Positions 14,967 through 23,902 of a DNA stretch of 32,000 nucleotides are shown piece after piece; the stretch's first letter is position 1, and each line of letters opens with the position of its first letter. The notes beneath the pieces are model-generated. The model was not told the DNA's origin. It did not search any database and worked only from the letters and a program-made list of their open reading frames with translations. Source of the DNA: Geotalea daltonii FRC-32 (lineage in GTDB: Bacteria; Desulfobacterota; Desulfuromonadia; Geobacterales; Geobacteraceae); contig NC_011979.1 of NCBI RefSeq assembly GCF_000022265.1, positions 150,001 to 182,000 on the forward strand, in the 5' to 3' direction. Both the position numbers and the translations under genes were made by a program.

Positions 14967-16469
14967 TCACTTTTTCTTCACTTCGGGCCGGGTGAGGCGC
15001 GGGATCATTTCGGCCACCGGGCTTACCCCGCTGAAGCCATACTCGTTCCAACGATCGGAAACCTTCTGCAGTACCGCCCGATCCATGAAGATCTCGTTCG
15101 GCTTGTTTTTCCACTCGTAGGGGGTGGTGGCATCCATGATGATGCGGCTGACCACATCGCGGGCCTCGATGGGCAGACCGGGATCGAGCGGGGTGGAGCG
15201 GCCGCGGTTGATGACCTGGACCGAGCGCTTCGGATCGAAACGGGTGGCCAGCGCCCACCAGACGCGGTCCATGTCGTCTGCGGCGATGTCATGGTCGACG
15301 ATGATGATTCCCTTGACGCCGTAGTGGCCGGTCGTGCTGCCGTTGATGGCATCGGCCACGTGGTTCGAGTGCCCCGGATACATCTGCTTTACCGAGGCGA
15401 TGACCCAGAAACGGCCGGTGGCCGCAGCCGGGAAGTAGACGCTCTGGATTCCCGGAACCTTCATGGTTTCCAAATCGTGCCACAATGTTGCCGTGCGGTT
15501 GATGGACTGGACCATGTGGGTGTCGTTGATCGGTTTGCCGACCGTGGTTGACCAGAAAATCGGCTTGGTGCGATGGATGATCCGTTTGACGCGGATCACC
15601 GGCTTGGGATAGTCCTTCATCTTGTTGCCCGAGTAATAGCCGGTGTACTCGCCAAACGGCCCTTCCTCCATCAACTCCTCCGGGTCCATCCATCCCTCGA
15701 CAATGATCTCGGCGTTGGCCGGCAGGGTCAGTCCGGTAAGATCGGATTTGAAAACCTCGATAGGACGGCCGCGCAGCGCGCCCCCCACGTCATACTCATC
15801 TGTCTGGGCGCTGACCAGGGTGGAGGAGGCCAGAAACAGTATCGGATCACCCCCCACCACGTAAGCGACGGGCATCTTCTCGCCCCGTTCCTGGTACTTC
15901 TTCATGTGAAAATCGCCGTGCTTGCCGCTGATGATCTGCGAGCCGAGGATATTCTTGCCCAGAATCTGCGAACGATAGGTGCCCAGGTTGGTCCAGCCGG
16001 TATCCGGGTCCTGGGTCACCAGGTAACCGGAGGTACCGAAGAAACGGCCGCCGTCATCGGGATAGAACCAGGGAGCCGGGAAATTTTCCAGATCTACTGC
16101 TTCTTCCGGAATGATGTTTTCCATTACCGGCGGGTTCTTGACGAAGGTGGGCTTGATCATCTGCTTGGTGGTCAGCTCCATCCATTTCCGGGAAAGCTGG
16201 CACATGGTGAGGGACGGGTCCTGCTCCAGGCAGATGGCGATACGTTCGGGGGTGGTGAAGGCACTGGTGAAGACCGGGATAGTGTGCCCTTTGACATTCT
16301 CATAGAGCAATGCCGGACCCTTCTGCTCTTCGTTCACCTTGGATACGTGGGCGAGTTCGAATTTCCAGTCTACTTCGGCCTTGACGCGATGCATGACCCC
16401 TTGGGCTTCCAGGGCTGCGATATAACTGCGGATGTCGTTGATGGGTTTTACCTTTGGATTTGTGCTCAT
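14967..16469 (-). CDS. UbiD-family prFMN-dependent (de)carboxylase, PpcB-like; the only UbiD paralogue in the operon
   Basis: 500-aa ORF with an AGGAGGAAGT RBS. Blocks: FPAPWFYPDDGGRFFGT, MPVAYVVGGDP, DEYDVGGALRGRPIEV, EGPFGEYTGYYS, VKGIIIVDHDI. Confidence 0.9.
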   Translation of the reverse strand: MSTNPKVKPINDIRSYIAALEAQGVMHRVKAEVDWKFELAHVSKVNEEQKGPALLYENVKGHTIPVFTSAFTTPERIAICLEQDPSLTMCQLSRKWMELTTKQMIKPTFVKNPPVMENIIPEEAVDLENFPAPWFYPDDGGRFFGTSGYLVTQDPDTGWTNLGTYRSQILGKNILGSQIISGKHGDFHMKKYQERGEKMPVAYVVGGDPILFLASSTLVSAQTDEYDVGGALRGRPIEVFKSDLTGLTLPANAEIIVEGWMDPEELMEEGPFGEYTGYYSGNKMKDYPKPVIRVKRIIHRTKPIFWSTTVGKPINDTHMVQSINRTATLWHDLETMKVPGIQSVYFPAAATGRFWVIASVKQMYPGHSNHVADAINGSTTGHYGVKGIIIVDHDIAADDMDRVWWALATRFDPKRSVQVINRGRSTPLDPGLPIEARDVVSRIIMDATTPYEWKNKPNEIFMDRAVLQKVSDRWNEYGFSGVSPVAEMIPRLTRPEVKKK

Positions 16470-16523
16470 ACTTCCTCCTGTTCTTGGTTTTGAAAGCTAT
16501 AATGGCTTCCTATAGTGTTTTCT

Positions 16524-17657
16524 TCAGGTCAGGCGTTTTCCTTCGAGCATGCTGGCCAATATGTAATCCATTGCCGAAGCGCCTCCCTTGACGGCACCTG
16601 GCGGCTGCTGTTTCTGGCTCCAGACCGTCTCCGGCCGCGCCTGCAGAATGAAGATGTTGCCGCCGAAGGGAAGGTCCTTGTCCACCGCCCATTCGATGTC
16701 CATGGGGCGGCCATAATGCTTTTCGATCAGCTTGCCCATCCGGGCCAGCTCGGTGATTTCGTCGTCCATCAACGACTGCACCTTCTGCCGCTCGAAGGGC
16801 ACCTCTATGGCGCGGGATACCTGTGTCTTCTGGTCGACGGTGTAGTAGATGTCCTTCTGGGAAATGGTCCGCTCCAAGATGTCCAGGGTGATCTTGTTGA
16901 CGACGAAGTTGTCGGGGGTTACCTCCCCTGAGACCACCGATTCGCCGAAACCGTAATTGGAGTCGATGACGATCACCGAACGGTCGCCGTTGCCCGGATG
17001 AAGCGTGAACATCACCCCTGCGGTAAACGAGTTGGCCATTTTCTGCACGCCGACGCTGATGGCCACCTGCTCGTCCGCGTACCCCTGGTTGATCCGGTAG
17101 GCGATGGCCCGCCCCGTATAGAGGCTGGAGATGCAGCGGCGCATGTTGTGCAGAACCTCATCTGCCCCACGGACCCAGAGATAGGTATCCTGCTGGCCGG
17201 CGAAACTGGCCCCCGGCAGGTCCTCGGCCGTGGCGCTGGAGCGCACAGCAACCGGTACTGCCGGCAGACAGCTGCGTACTGCCAGCTTGCGGTATTTTTC
17301 TGCCACCAGATCTTCAATTTCCGTGGAAAACGGCTGAGCCTCGATCATTTCTCGTATCCCGGCGCTGGCATTCTCCAGTGCATCCATGTCCTGGGAGTCA
17401 ATGCCTTTCAGCCGGGCCTGCACTTCACGGTCGATGCCCGCATCGGCCATAAAGTGCCGATATCCCTCGGTGGTGAGGGCAAAACCTGGAGGCACGCGGA
17501 CTCCCGCATTGATCAACTCGCCGAGGGAAGAGCATTTACCGCCGACGAGCGGCACCGAATCCTTCCTGCATTCCTCCAACCAGCAGACCATGGGCAGGTC
17601 CTTGTTTGCCGTATTCCCAGACTTCCCCATATTTGCTTTCGCCGTGTCAGTCATCAT
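16524..17657 (-). CDS. ppsB: phenylphosphate-synthase beta-like subunit (PEP-synthase/PPDK N-terminal ATP-grasp domain)
   Basis: The ORF is open to 17672; the ATG at 17655-17657 follows AAAGGAG. Blocks: VPLVGGKCSSLGELI, VAVRSSATAEDLPGASFAGQQDTYL, GVMFTLHP, IDSNYGFGESVVSGEVTPD, DIEWAVD. Confidence 0.8.
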   Translation of the reverse strand: MMTDTAKANMGKSGNTANKDLPMVCWLEECRKDSVPLVGGKCSSLGELINAGVRVPPGFALTTEGYRHFMADAGIDREVQARLKGIDSQDMDALENASAGIREMIEAQPFSTEIEDLVAEKYRKLAVRSCLPAVPVAVRSSATAEDLPGASFAGQQDTYLWVRGADEVLHNMRRCISSLYTGRAIAYRINQGYADEQVAISVGVQKMANSFTAGVMFTLHPGNGDRSVIVIDSNYGFGESVVSGEVTPDNFVVNKITLDILERTISQKDIYYTVDQKTQVSRAIEVPFERQKVQSLMDDEITELARMGKLIEKHYGRPMDIEWAVDKDLPFGGNIFILQARPETVWSQKQQPPGAVKGGASAMDYILASMLEGKRLT

Positions 17658-17681
17658 CAAATCTCCTTTCATCGAAATAAC

Positions 17682-19511
17682 TCAGCGATCGATTGTGACG
17701 AGGCCGGTGGAACCATCGACCCGGAGCATCATGCCGGTCCTGATGATCTTCGTCCCGAGCCCGGTGCCGACCACCGCCGGCAAGCCGTATTCACGGCAGA
17801 CTATTGCCGCATGGCTCATGACACCCCCCACATCGGTAACGGCGGCCTTGATTTTGGCAAAGGCAGGCGCCCAGGAAGGCGAAGTGGTGGGTGCAACCAG
17901 GATTTCCCCCTCCTGCAACAGGCGAATATCGTCCGCATTGCGACAGACACGCGCCTTGCCTTCCACAATGCCGGGACTGCCGGCGAATCCTTTCAGGGCG
18001 GTGATGCTGTCCGGATCGGTGGCGTCCTGCACCTCTGACCAATCGGTGATGGACGAGTTGGTTACCCCCCAGAGCACGATGGTGAAAGGCTCCTTGATTA
18101 CTTCAGGGGCAGTGCCGATTGCCGGCGGCGGGCTCCACTGCTGGAATTTCTCCATGACCCCCTTGCGCCAGGCGATTTCCTTCGGCCACACCGCGGTGCC
18201 GCGCGGCTTGACTCCGGTTGCCCAGGCGGTGACCATGTCCCATAAGGCCTGCTTTATTTCGTCGCGGCGCAGATACCAGACATCTTCCACATCCTCGATC
18301 ATGCCGTGTTCTTTCATGATGGCTGCCACTTCCCGCATCTTTTTCCAGAAGACAGTATGGAACCAGTGCTCCACGTAGAACAGATGGTTCTCCACATAGG
18401 GGAAGACGGTCTTGGCCGTGCCGAGCAGGTCATCGAAGGTCTTGCGGTCCTCGTCGGAGGTGATCAGGTCGCGGTACTCGGCGGTGATCCGGTCCCGTTC
18501 GGCACGCACCTTTTCCACCGGCCGTTCGATGTCGATGCCCTGCTTAAGCTGGTTAATGTAGGTGGCGATCCCGGACAGGGGAATATTCAGGTCGTCGTTC
18601 CATGATTTGTCACTGTGCGACCAGCCGGTGCCGGTGGAGACGTGGAACCATGGGTAACGGGCCTCTTCCAGGGCAGCGAGCCATTCCTTTCCCTTCGGGT
18701 TTTTCTTTAGCTCCGCCTTGGCATCCGTCCACTCCGTGCGCGAAGTCAGGATCTGGTCAATCCCCAGTTGGACGGCTTTCTTCGCCAGCTTCTTCAATTC
18801 ATCGTCGGACCGGTACATGAGCACGTCGACACCGGCAATCATCTGGGTGACCCGTTGCAACGGAATGCTCGGAAAGAGCTTTTGCACGAAGTCGAGGAAG
18901 AAGACATAGGCGGCATAGCCCAGGTTGAGGAATTCGAAGTGGTACTGCCAGCACTGGATGCCCAGGTTGATCAGGTCGTCATAGGCCTTGAGCAGGTGAA
19001 AGCCCTTGGATTCGCCGATTCCCTCGGTTACCACGGTGATGTCTTCCAGGTCGGGGAGGCGGGGGATCGGCAATTCTTCGATCTCCTTGATGATCGCCTT
19101 CATCTTTACTTCCCATTTGGCTTCCAGCTCAGCCCAGTTCTTGTAGTAAAAACCGGCACGCTCCATGAAATTCGGGACCCTGCTGCCTACCTCCTCCGGG
19201 TCCATGACCGGCACCGGCGAGATATAGACATAGCCGTTGATGATCCGGTGGTCGACGCCGCGCACCGGTGGTACCTGAAAGATGCGGTTGTTGTACTGGG
19301 ACAAGCCCAGGTACCAGGCCTCATCCCAGATGGTGTCGAAGGGATAGATGGCTTCGGGATAATGGAGTCCATCGTAGAACCAGAATGCCTGTTCTTCGTA
19401 AGCCTTGCGTTCAGGGTCGTCGGTGACGAACTTGTACTGGTACGGATACATCCTTTCCCAACCTTCTGTCCCGGGAATGTCCTTAACCTCGTGTGGCTTT
19501 GGAAACTTCAT
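17682..19511 (-). CDS. ppsA: phenylphosphate-synthase alpha-like subunit (large substrate-binding N-domain + PEP-utilizer mobile His domain)
   Basis: The ORF is open to 19559; the ATG at 19509-19511 follows GGGGGAGA. N-terminus MKFPKPHEVKDIPGTEGWERMYPYQYKF.... C-terminal swivel domain EGEILVAPTTSPSWAPAF..IKAAVTDVGGVMSHAAIVCREYGLPAVVG. Confidence 0.8.
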   Translation of the reverse strand: MKFPKPHEVKDIPGTEGWERMYPYQYKFVTDDPERKAYEEQAFWFYDGLHYPEAIYPFDTIWDEAWYLGLSQYNNRIFQVPPVRGVDHRIINGYVYISPVPVMDPEEVGSRVPNFMERAGFYYKNWAELEAKWEVKMKAIIKEIEELPIPRLPDLEDITVVTEGIGESKGFHLLKAYDDLINLGIQCWQYHFEFLNLGYAAYVFFLDFVQKLFPSIPLQRVTQMIAGVDVLMYRSDDELKKLAKKAVQLGIDQILTSRTEWTDAKAELKKNPKGKEWLAALEEARYPWFHVSTGTGWSHSDKSWNDDLNIPLSGIATYINQLKQGIDIERPVEKVRAERDRITAEYRDLITSDEDRKTFDDLLGTAKTVFPYVENHLFYVEHWFHTVFWKKMREVAAIMKEHGMIEDVEDVWYLRRDEIKQALWDMVTAWATGVKPRGTAVWPKEIAWRKGVMEKFQQWSPPPAIGTAPEVIKEPFTIVLWGVTNSSITDWSEVQDATDPDSITALKGFAGSPGIVEGKARVCRNADDIRLLQEGEILVAPTTSPSWAPAFAKIKAAVTDVGGVMSHAAIVCREYGLPAVVGTGLGTKIIRTGMMLRVDGSTGLVTIDR

Positions 19512-19643
19512 CGCGTGTCTCCCCCCATTGTCGTATAGTTTAGTGGATCGGAACGACAAATTTGATAATCTACAAACCCTGTTTTATAAAATAAGCATTG
19601 TCCTCATGAGCTCTGAATGCTAATCAACGTTTTCAGTTAAAAG

Positions 19644-19659
19644 AGCACCGAATATGCCA
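19644..19659 (-). promoter_or_regulatory. sigma54 (-24/-12) promoter of the pps-UbiD operon
   Basis: The minus strand reads TGGCATATTCGGTGCT with correct GG/GC spacing, about 130 nt upstream of the RBS-supported ppsA ATG. It differs from the MFS promoter at only 2 positions of the 16-nt core (3 when one flanking nt each side is counted). Confidence 0.65.
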
Positions 19660-19810
19660 AACATTGTTTTGCTAAATTGAAAACCAAGTCCTGCTGCACA
19701 GATCAACTGGACTAATTGCTTGTTTAATAAGGATATTGGACGAATCAGAAGGCCGATAAATTAATCTGCGGAGGCACGTTTGTGAGGGGTCCTGCTTGTG
19801 TGGCCTTCCG

Positions 19811-19824
19811 TGGACAATTGACCA
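19811..19824. promoter_or_regulatory. CAATTG-cored imperfect palindrome, candidate UAS for activator 2
   Basis: TGGACAATTGACCA is 12/14 self-complementary. Its centre is about 160 bp upstream of the -24 element, comparable to the palindrome at 1464-1481, which shares the CAATTG core. Confidence 0.35.
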
Positions 19825-20027
19825 TTTTGTAAATTTTCCCGGTGGCGAGCAGGGGTGTTGGACATTTTTGTCGACTTCACTGACTGTGACAAAGCCGGGT
19901 GAGATTATGGAAGAAAGTGTCTAATGGCCGATAAATAGCGGTATTGGGTGGGAGCTGGATTTGGCCCGGACTGTACAGGCAATCAGCAGCAGGGATCCGA
20001 TTTTGCCGGCAGCCATTGTTTTGTCCC

Positions 20028-20056
20028 TTGCATGAAAATAAAGCGAATGTTATTAT
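20028..20056 (+). promoter_or_regulatory. sigma70-type promoter of activator 2 (TTGCAT-17 nt-TATTAT)
   Basis: -35 at 20028-20033, -10 at 20051-20056. It is embedded in the TCCCTTGCA...AATGTTATTATAAC block conserved with 1531-1575. Confidence 0.5.
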
Positions 20057-20246
20057 AACTATGTTTTATGAATAAGCAGATATAATCGTTTTGCAGTCAA
20101 GAATTGAATCTGCAGTCGATGGTGATGTCCGGCTGCAATGCTGTTTTTAGGCACCTTTTCCAAATCGTTGCTGGTATGACAATGTTATAAATAATGTTGA
20201 AAAAGAATGGTATCTGCGGCTACCGGCAGATGGAGAGGTGACAATT

Positions 20247-22010
20247 ATGACCAAGGGGTGGCGTACCGGCAAGTCCGACTGCAAGTCAAAGGATGGAGAC
20301 CTGCGGGCACGGGTGCATTTCTGCATGGAATCCGGCCACATATGGCTGCACGAACATCGCATGCTCCTGGTCCATGCCGAGGCTCAGGCAACGCTCCGCC
20401 GGGAGTTGATCGAAACGCTCGGCATGGAGCGCGTACAGGGATTGCTTACCCGCATGGGTTATGCGGCGGGTATGCACGATGCTGAACTTGCCCGGACCCG
20501 ATTCGAGGGCGCAAGCGACATGGAACTTTTCATGACCGGCCCGAAGCTGCATATGCTGGAGGGGGAAGTAAAAGTGACACCGGTCAAGATCGAATTCGAT
20601 CGTACCGCGGGAAGCTTCTATGGCGAATTTCTTTGGGAAAATTCATGGGAAGGCCAATGGCACAAGCGCCATTTCGGCACCAATGGGGAGCCGGTCTGCT
20701 GGAGTCAAATAGGTTATGCTTGCGGCTACTCCACAGCCTTCATGGGACGGCCGATCTTGTACAAGGAAGTTGAGTGTGTCGGCATGGGAAAGAATAATTG
20801 CCGCATTATCGGCAAGCCCATTGATGAATGGGAAGATGCCACCGACTACATGCGTCTTTTCAACCGGGAGTCCATTGCCGAACAGCTGATGGACCTGCAA
20901 ACCCAAGTGGTGCAACTCCGCTCTGCCATAAACAAAAAGGAAAAGCTCCCCTCCGACATCGTCGGCAATTCGAAGATCTTTTGCACCGCATATGAATTGC
21001 TCCAGCAGGCTGCCAAAAGCCAGATCACGGTGCTGCTCCTTGGGGAGACCGGAGTCGGCAAGGAAGTATTCGCTCGCAGTTTGCACAATAGCGGTGCCCG
21101 CAGCAAGGAATCTTTCATTGCCATCAACTGTGCGGCCATCCCCCACGACCTGGTGGAATCGGAACTGTTCGGCGTGGAAAAGGGTGCCTATACCGGCGCC
21201 ATGACTGCCCGCGCCGGCCGCTTCGAACGGGCAAACGGTGGCACCCTGTTTCTCGACGAGATCGGCGATCTGCCCTTTTCGGCGCAAGCCAAACTCTTGC
21301 GCGTGTTGCAGGAAGGGGAAATCGAACGGATAGGCGATCACAAAACCCGCAAGGTCGATGTGAGGCTGGTGGCGGCTACCAACGTGGACCTGAGACAGCT
21401 GGTCAAGGAAGGCAGATTCCGTTCCGATTTGTATTACCGCCTCAATGCTTTCCAGATCAACATTCCGCCGCTCAGGGAGCGTAAGGAGGATATTCCGCTG
21501 CTGGCCAAACGATTTCTGGAGAAATATTCGGCGATCCATGGCAAGAAACTGCGCGGCTTCACCGATAAGGCCAAGCGGGCACTCCTTTCCTATCAATGGC
21601 CGGGAAACATCCGTGAGATGCAGAACATGATCGAACGCGGCGTCATTCTGGCACCAAGCGGCACTCGCATCGAGTTGGAGCAGATGTTTTCGGCAAGCGG
21701 CGAAGAACATGGCCTTGAAATAGGTCTTGATAACAACGGTTCACTTGGGGCCAACGGTTGGGATTACGGCAAAGATCTTTGTGAGGCGGTTTTTAATGGT
21801 GTCATGACACTGGATCAGGTGGAGGCGATGCTCATTGAAACCGCAGTGGCTAAAAGCAGTGGCAACCTTGCTTCAGCTGCCAGAAAACTAGGTTTGACCA
21901 GACGCCAGCTTGCATACAGATTGGGAAATCTCCGCGAAAATGAACCTGCTGAGCCGGCAATCCCTGTTCCCCGCGAACAGCGGGTCAAGCAGTCGGAAAC
22001 AGCCGGCTGA
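20247..22010 (+). CDS. XylR/DmpR-type sigma54-dependent activator, paralogue of 1691-3448
   Basis: The ORF track starts at GTG 20238; the ATG at 20247 lies 8 nt after GGAGAGG. It shares long identical runs with activator 1 ([80 protein letters not shown]). HTH: [20 protein letters not shown]. Confidence 0.9.
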   Translation: MTKGWRTGKSDCKSKDGDLRARVHFCMESGHIWLHEHRMLLVHAEAQATLRRELIETLGMERVQGLLTRMGYAAGMHDAELARTRFEGASDMELFMTGPKLHMLEGEVKVTPVKIEFDRTAGSFYGEFLWENSWEGQWHKRHFGTNGEPVCWSQIGYACGYSTAFMGRPILYKEVECVGMGKNNCRIIGKPIDEWEDATDYMRLFNRESIAEQLMDLQTQVVQLRSAINKKEKLPSDIVGNSKIFCTAYELLQQAAKSQITVLLLGETGVGKEVFARSLHNSGARSKESFIAINCAAIPHDLVESELFGVEKGAYTGAMTARAGRFERANGGTLFLDEIGDLPFSAQAKLLRVLQEGEIERIGDHKTRKVDVRLVAATNVDLRQLVKEGRFRSDLYYRLNAFQINIPPLRERKEDIPLLAKRFLEKYSAIHGKKLRGFTDKAKRALLSYQWPGNIREMQNMIERGVILAPSGTRIELEQMFSASGEEHGLEIGLDNNGSLGANGWDYGKDLCEAVFNGVMTLDQVEAMLIETAVAKSSGNLASAARKLGLTRRQLAYRLGNLRENEPAEPAIPVPREQRVKQSETAG

Positions 22011-22020
22011 ATTGAAAGCA

Positions 22021-22046
22021 CCCGGACAAGTAACCGGGCTTGTTTG
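22021..22046 (+). terminator. weak hairpin between activator 2 and the kinase gene (possible attenuator)
   Basis: CCCGG-N8-CCGGG followed by CTTGTTTG. The stem is only 5 bp. Confidence 0.2.
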
Positions 22047-22090
22047 AGGTCGATGGGGCCAATCTCCCGGGAAGACTATTTATAGAACAT

Positions 22091-23902
22091 ATGACTTGCA
22101 TTATTCGCAGACATAAGCTGCCGGTTGCCCTGTTTTTAATCTCGATCGGGGCCGTCGCCGCTCTGCTCCTGATTCAGCATGCGAACCGGGACGTGCGTGC
22201 CGAGGCGCGCGCCCGTTTCATCGAGCAGTACAACCGCCAGCAATCCCTGATGGCCGAACTGGCTTCCCACACCCTGGAAGAGCTGTTCGCCACCTACCAT
22301 CGCAACCTTGACCTGGTGGTCAATCTGTTTGAAGGGAAAGCAGTTACCAGGCACCGCGTGGAAGAGGTCAAGGGGAGTCTGAAAAAAATCTACAGCTCCC
22401 TTGCCAACACTCCGGTCATCGAGATGGTGATCTTCGACAGCAAGGGGACAGCAATCACCATAGAACCCTATGACACGTATACAATAGGGCGCAGTTACGC
22501 CTGGCGCGATTATTATCACTGGGCCAGGGAAATGGGCAGGCCGGGGCAGATGTACCTGTCTCCCTACGCCCGCCTGCAAGGGGGAATGCAGCGCGGGAAC
22601 AAAGCATTGATCGTAGCGGAAGGGATTTATGGCCCGGGCGAAAAATTCCTCGGTGTCGTCATCTGCGCCATAGATTTTGAAGTCCTGGCAAAAAAACATA
22701 TCCTGCCCATCCATATTGGTAAAGAGGGCCACGCGTGGCTGGCTGACATCAGCAACAGGACCATGCTCGTCGGCCCCAGCGGACGCTTGGTGGGTCTCAG
22801 TTTTGAAGAAGCATTCCTCCCGCGCTGGCCAAGGCTGTATCAGCTTCTGCTTTCCATGGAAAATGGCAAGCCGGGAAGCGACTGGTATGACTATCTGGAT
22901 CCCGGCACCTATCAGCATCAGGTACGGAAGATCGGCAGCTATCATCCCATCCGTATCGAGAACCGCCTCTGGGCGCTGGGCATATCCACTCCCGAGCACG
23001 AGGTGGAAGAGCTGCTGTCCACTTTTCTTCATCGTCAGGAACTCTTTGCCAACACACTGTTGGTCACGGTCCTGGGGGTGGCGACTTTGCTTCTCGGGTT
23101 CCTCATCAACTGGAACCGTGTGTTGTCGGCTCAGGTTCAAAACCACACCCGTGCCCTCAGTGAGGCACACACCAGGCTGGAGTCCACTTTTGATGAACTG
23201 TTGGTGGCGAAGAAGGTCGCGGCGGTGGGGCAGCTTGCCCTTGGTCTGTCCCATGAGATCCGCAACCCACTGTCTGCTATTCAGATGAACATGCAGATGA
23301 TCAGGAAAAAAATTGACCTTGCCGGTACCTTGCGGGAAAATTTTGCCATCGTCGACGGGGAGATCCAGCGGCTTAACCGACTGCTCAAGGACGTCATGGA
23401 CTTCGCCCGTCCCAGATCCCTGAACCTGCAAAATACCGAGCTCAAGGAAATTATCAGCAGGCTGATGCAGCTGTTGTCCCAGCGCCTGGAGGAACAGCTG
23501 ATCAGGACAACGGTCCGCACCGAGTCCCCCATTCAACTTGTCTGTGATCCGGAGCAGATCCATCAGGTACTGCTGAACCTGATTCTGAATGCCATGGAAG
23601 CCATGAACGAAACACCAGGAGAAAGGCATCTCACCATCTTCGCCCGCAGTGCAGACGGAATGGCCTTGGTCACGGTAAGTGACACCGGGGGAGGGATCCC
23701 CCAGGGCAAGCTGGAACAGCTTTTCGATCCATTTTATACCACCAGGGCTTCCGGCGGTGGACTGGGCCTTTCCATAGTACAGACCATCGTTCTGCGTCAC
23801 GGCGGGTCGGTGGCGGTGGAGAGCCAGCCGGGGCAGGGTGCCACATTTACCGTGGCCCTTCCCCTGAAAGGACCTGCAGGAACAGGAGATATGAGCCAAT
23901 GA
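22091..23902 (+). CDS. sensor histidine kinase with a periplasmic dCache-like domain
   Basis: The ORF track starts at TTG 22040; the ATG at 22091 gives MTCIIRRHKLPVALFLISIGAVAALLL (TM1). A loop of about 290 aa contains YAWRDYYHWA...FLGVVICAIDFEVL. TM2: LLVTVLGVATLLLGFLINW. HisKA: LSHEIRNPLSAI. HATPase: NLILNAMEA, DTGGGIP, GGGLGLSIV. Confidence 0.85.
   Translation: MTCIIRRHKLPVALFLISIGAVAALLLIQHANRDVRAEARARFIEQYNRQQSLMAELASHTLEELFATYHRNLDLVVNLFEGKAVTRHRVEEVKGSLKKIYSSLANTPVIEMVIFDSKGTAITIEPYDTYTIGRSYAWRDYYHWAREMGRPGQMYLSPYARLQGGMQRGNKALIVAEGIYGPGEKFLGVVICAIDFEVLAKKHILPIHIGKEGHAWLADISNRTMLVGPSGRLVGLSFEEAFLPRWPRLYQLLLSMENGKPGSDWYDYLDPGTYQHQVRKIGSYHPIRIENRLWALGISTPEHEVEELLSTFLHRQELFANTLLVTVLGVATLLLGFLINWNRVLSAQVQNHTRALSEAHTRLESTFDELLVAKKVAAVGQLALGLSHEIRNPLSAIQMNMQMIRKKIDLAGTLRENFAIVDGEIQRLNRLLKDVMDFARPRSLNLQNTELKEIISRLMQLLSQRLEEQLIRTTVRTESPIQLVCDPEQIHQVLLNLILNAMEAMNETPGERHLTIFARSADGMALVTVSDTGGGIPQGKLEQLFDPFYTTRASGGGLGLSIVQTIVLRHGGSVAVESQPGQGATFTVALPLKGPAGTGDMSQ

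Noticed and set aside
12696-18378. Chain of long plus-strand ORFs (12696-13631, 13979-14995, 14820-15551, 15573-16493, 16998-18038, 17386-18378) across the pps/UbiD operon
   Set aside because: All are antisense or alternative frames of strongly recognisable minus-strand genes. They show the GC-rich shadow composition (runs of G, R, H, D, A) and have no motifs or RBSs.
20643-21710. 355-aa minus-strand ORF inside activator 2; similarly 25677-26639 (-) inside buk and 1610-2242 (-) inside activator 1
   Set aside because: These are antisense shadows of confidently identified genes, with no domain signatures.
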